From: Trypethelium eluteriae | Lineage: Eukaryota | Length of the DNA stretch: 34,299 nucleotides | Assembly (NCBI GenBank): GCA_051942245.1 | Contig: JAVECL010000232.1 | Coordinates: 1-34,299 of the forward strand | Reading direction: 5' to 3' | Translations under genes and position numbers: made by a program | The notes under the pieces: generated by a model | What the model was told of the DNA's origin: nothing | Seen by the model: the letters and a program-made list of their open reading frames with translations, nothing else | Databases searched by the model: none | Part shown: in pieces, positions 32,574 to 34,299 of the stretch | Layout of the letters: the number at the start of each line of letters is the position of its first letter | How positions within the stretch are numbered: the stretch's first letter is position 1

Positions 32574-33065
32574 TACGATTTATTTAGGAACTGTCATGCA
32601 TCACCTCCGCTTGTATCTATGTACCTTAAATACGATAGTCGTAATTCGATTTTCTACGTCGCGTGCGGCGTCACGGTGGAGCCACTACCTGATGGAACAG
32701 GATTTCCCTTCAAAGTTGGACATCTCAGATCTTGCAAACCTTTGCTAAAGCGAGCGCGAAATCATTGAAAGGATTTGGCATTTGTGAGGCGCCTCACAAT
32801 CAGGAGCTCGAGAGGCGCTGAACATCGAACTCACGTGAAAATTCGAGGCTGAGTTGCGTTGCCAGAAAATCAATTGGAGCGTGTTTTTGATTCTTGCCCA
32901 TTCGGAACGCTTATCAAAAACTCGGACGAATTGACTTTTCCCAGGCGAATTTACAATCCATTGTCGTCAGTACTTCGGAAAAATGGTAAAGGAACCTGGT
33001 GAGAGTCGAGGGACGAGTTGGGAGGGGGATAGCCGACGTATACATGTAGAAATTGACCGTGAATA

Positions 33066-33144
33066 CAGTAGTGGGACAAAAGTGTCTAGGCAACCCCCAG
33101 CAATTTTTCCGCGCCAGCGAGCGGACACTTTTTTCGGATGACTG
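33066..33144 (-). mobile_element. Mini-MITE family B, copy 2 (79 bp), inverted relative to copy 1
   Basis: TA|CAGTAGTGGGACAAAAGTGTCT...GGACACTTTTTTCGGATGACTG|TA. Confidence 0.85.
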
Positions 33145-33352
33145 TAGACGTGGCTATCAGCAATGAATACCAGAAATGCCACGAGACCAGAACCGTGCAG
33201 CAAGATCGAGCGTTAGAAACCAAGACATGTCATTCCTGGTGATTTGTAGCAAGTTGCTAGATACAAGCTACATGAAATTGCCCAGGCCTCCGTACACCGA
33301 AAAAAAGTATCGTCAGGAACTGAATGTCCGCCTCCATGGCCCAATCCATAGT

Positions 33353-33922
33353 CTATCGCTTCTTGCCTTGGTTTTCTTTGATCACCTTCTTCACAATCTT
33401 CTGTTCCTCGATCAGGAACGCGCGCACAACTCTGTCTTTCACGCAGTTGGCGCAGCGCGAGCCGCCGTAAGCACGCTGGACAGTCTTTTGGGGACGTGAG
33501 ATGGTTGCATATTCGCGAGGACGGAGGGCGGGAATCTATATAGACTAGTTGTCAATATCGCGGTAGTTGATAGATCGCCAAGTAGCGAGATGCTGGGCAA
33601 AAACATACGCCTGAGAGCTTGCTCCCGCAGTCACCGCATTTTGGGGTTGTGCCTTTCTTCTTGATGTGCAGATATCGCAGCTCGCCACCAGGAGTCTTGA
33701 TGACGCGAACTTTGTTTGATTTGGTATTGTACCTGTATTTTTGCATTAGATTATTAGCTTTTACCCACGACCGCTCTCAAAGTTGCAAAGTATACTGCGC
33801 GGCGCGTTTTGCAATGATAGACTTACGGATGCCTCCGGCGCTACGTCTTGCAGTCAGCATATGTCAAGAGGCTAGAGATAGGGAAGCAGGTATCTTACGT
33901 ATGTAAGTCTGTTAGAAGGCAT
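33353..33922 (-). CDS. RPL34: 60S ribosomal protein L34 (eL34); exons 33922-33899, 33840-33827, 33732-33609, 33535-33353
   Basis: Spliced product [105 protein letters not shown]. Confidence 0.98.
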
Positions 33923-34299
33923 CTTGACGGCTGTTCAATGTCGTTGTTGATGTTCGTCGAAGGGTCGTGATGCCAAAATTCTAGATTGGATGTGCGTCGC
34001 CAAAACTTCGGCTCTATGCTAAATTAGGAATAGCGCGAATATTTACATCTTCATCACGACTCACCACGGCGGACAAAGCTTCAGCATCTCCACTGCACCT
34101 CATTCGAGCCTCTGAGGAGTCCACACCCATCGATTCCTCTAGGCGCATGCTCAAATTCAGTGGGACTCGCTCCAAGATTGGGTTGTCTTGAAGTTGAAGG
34201 ACACCTAAGTTCTTTACCCAACGCGAAGGCCCCTCGCGGTGCCCTTCAGCGTGTTTTTCTATTCCCCGATACTCCCTCTACACGCGCCATCATCATGGC

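Noticed and set aside
32831..32838. TCACGTGA as a Pho4/NUC-1-type site for the phosphatase
   Set aside because: A single E-box about 790 bp upstream and beyond a MITE; too weak on its own.
34290..34299. ATG at the window edge (CATCATGGC) as the start of a gene divergent from RPL34
   Set aside because: Only one codon is visible, so it cannot be supported.

Overview
A eukaryotic window from a filamentous ascomycete (Pezizomycotina-type short GT-AG introns with CTRAC branch sites). The left half looks accessory: a probable hAT-like transposon end, a 496-aa intronless orphan ORF, a GH11+CBM1 xylanase, and a secreted FOLD/SIX1-like cysteine-rich effector candidate. It also holds a compact three-gene block made of a SesA/HeLo-like helical protein, a single-pass Ser/Thr-rich membrane protein with a GrpE/MIEAP-like tail, and a divergently transcribed atypical HSPA12-like Hsp70. 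A possible P450 relic and an aquaglyceroporin follow. The right half has three different Myb/SANT genes in a row, a WD40 relic, a secreted histidine acid phosphatase and RPL34. Two MITE families are present: three ~181-bp hairpins and two ~80-bp CAGT..ACTG elements. One copy of each family carries the same TA-CCTC-TA insertion, which looks like an excision footprint. The best candidate for an undescribed system is the HeLo-like / membrane co-chaperone-like / HSPA12-like block. All family calls come from motif recognition by eye; no searches were run.
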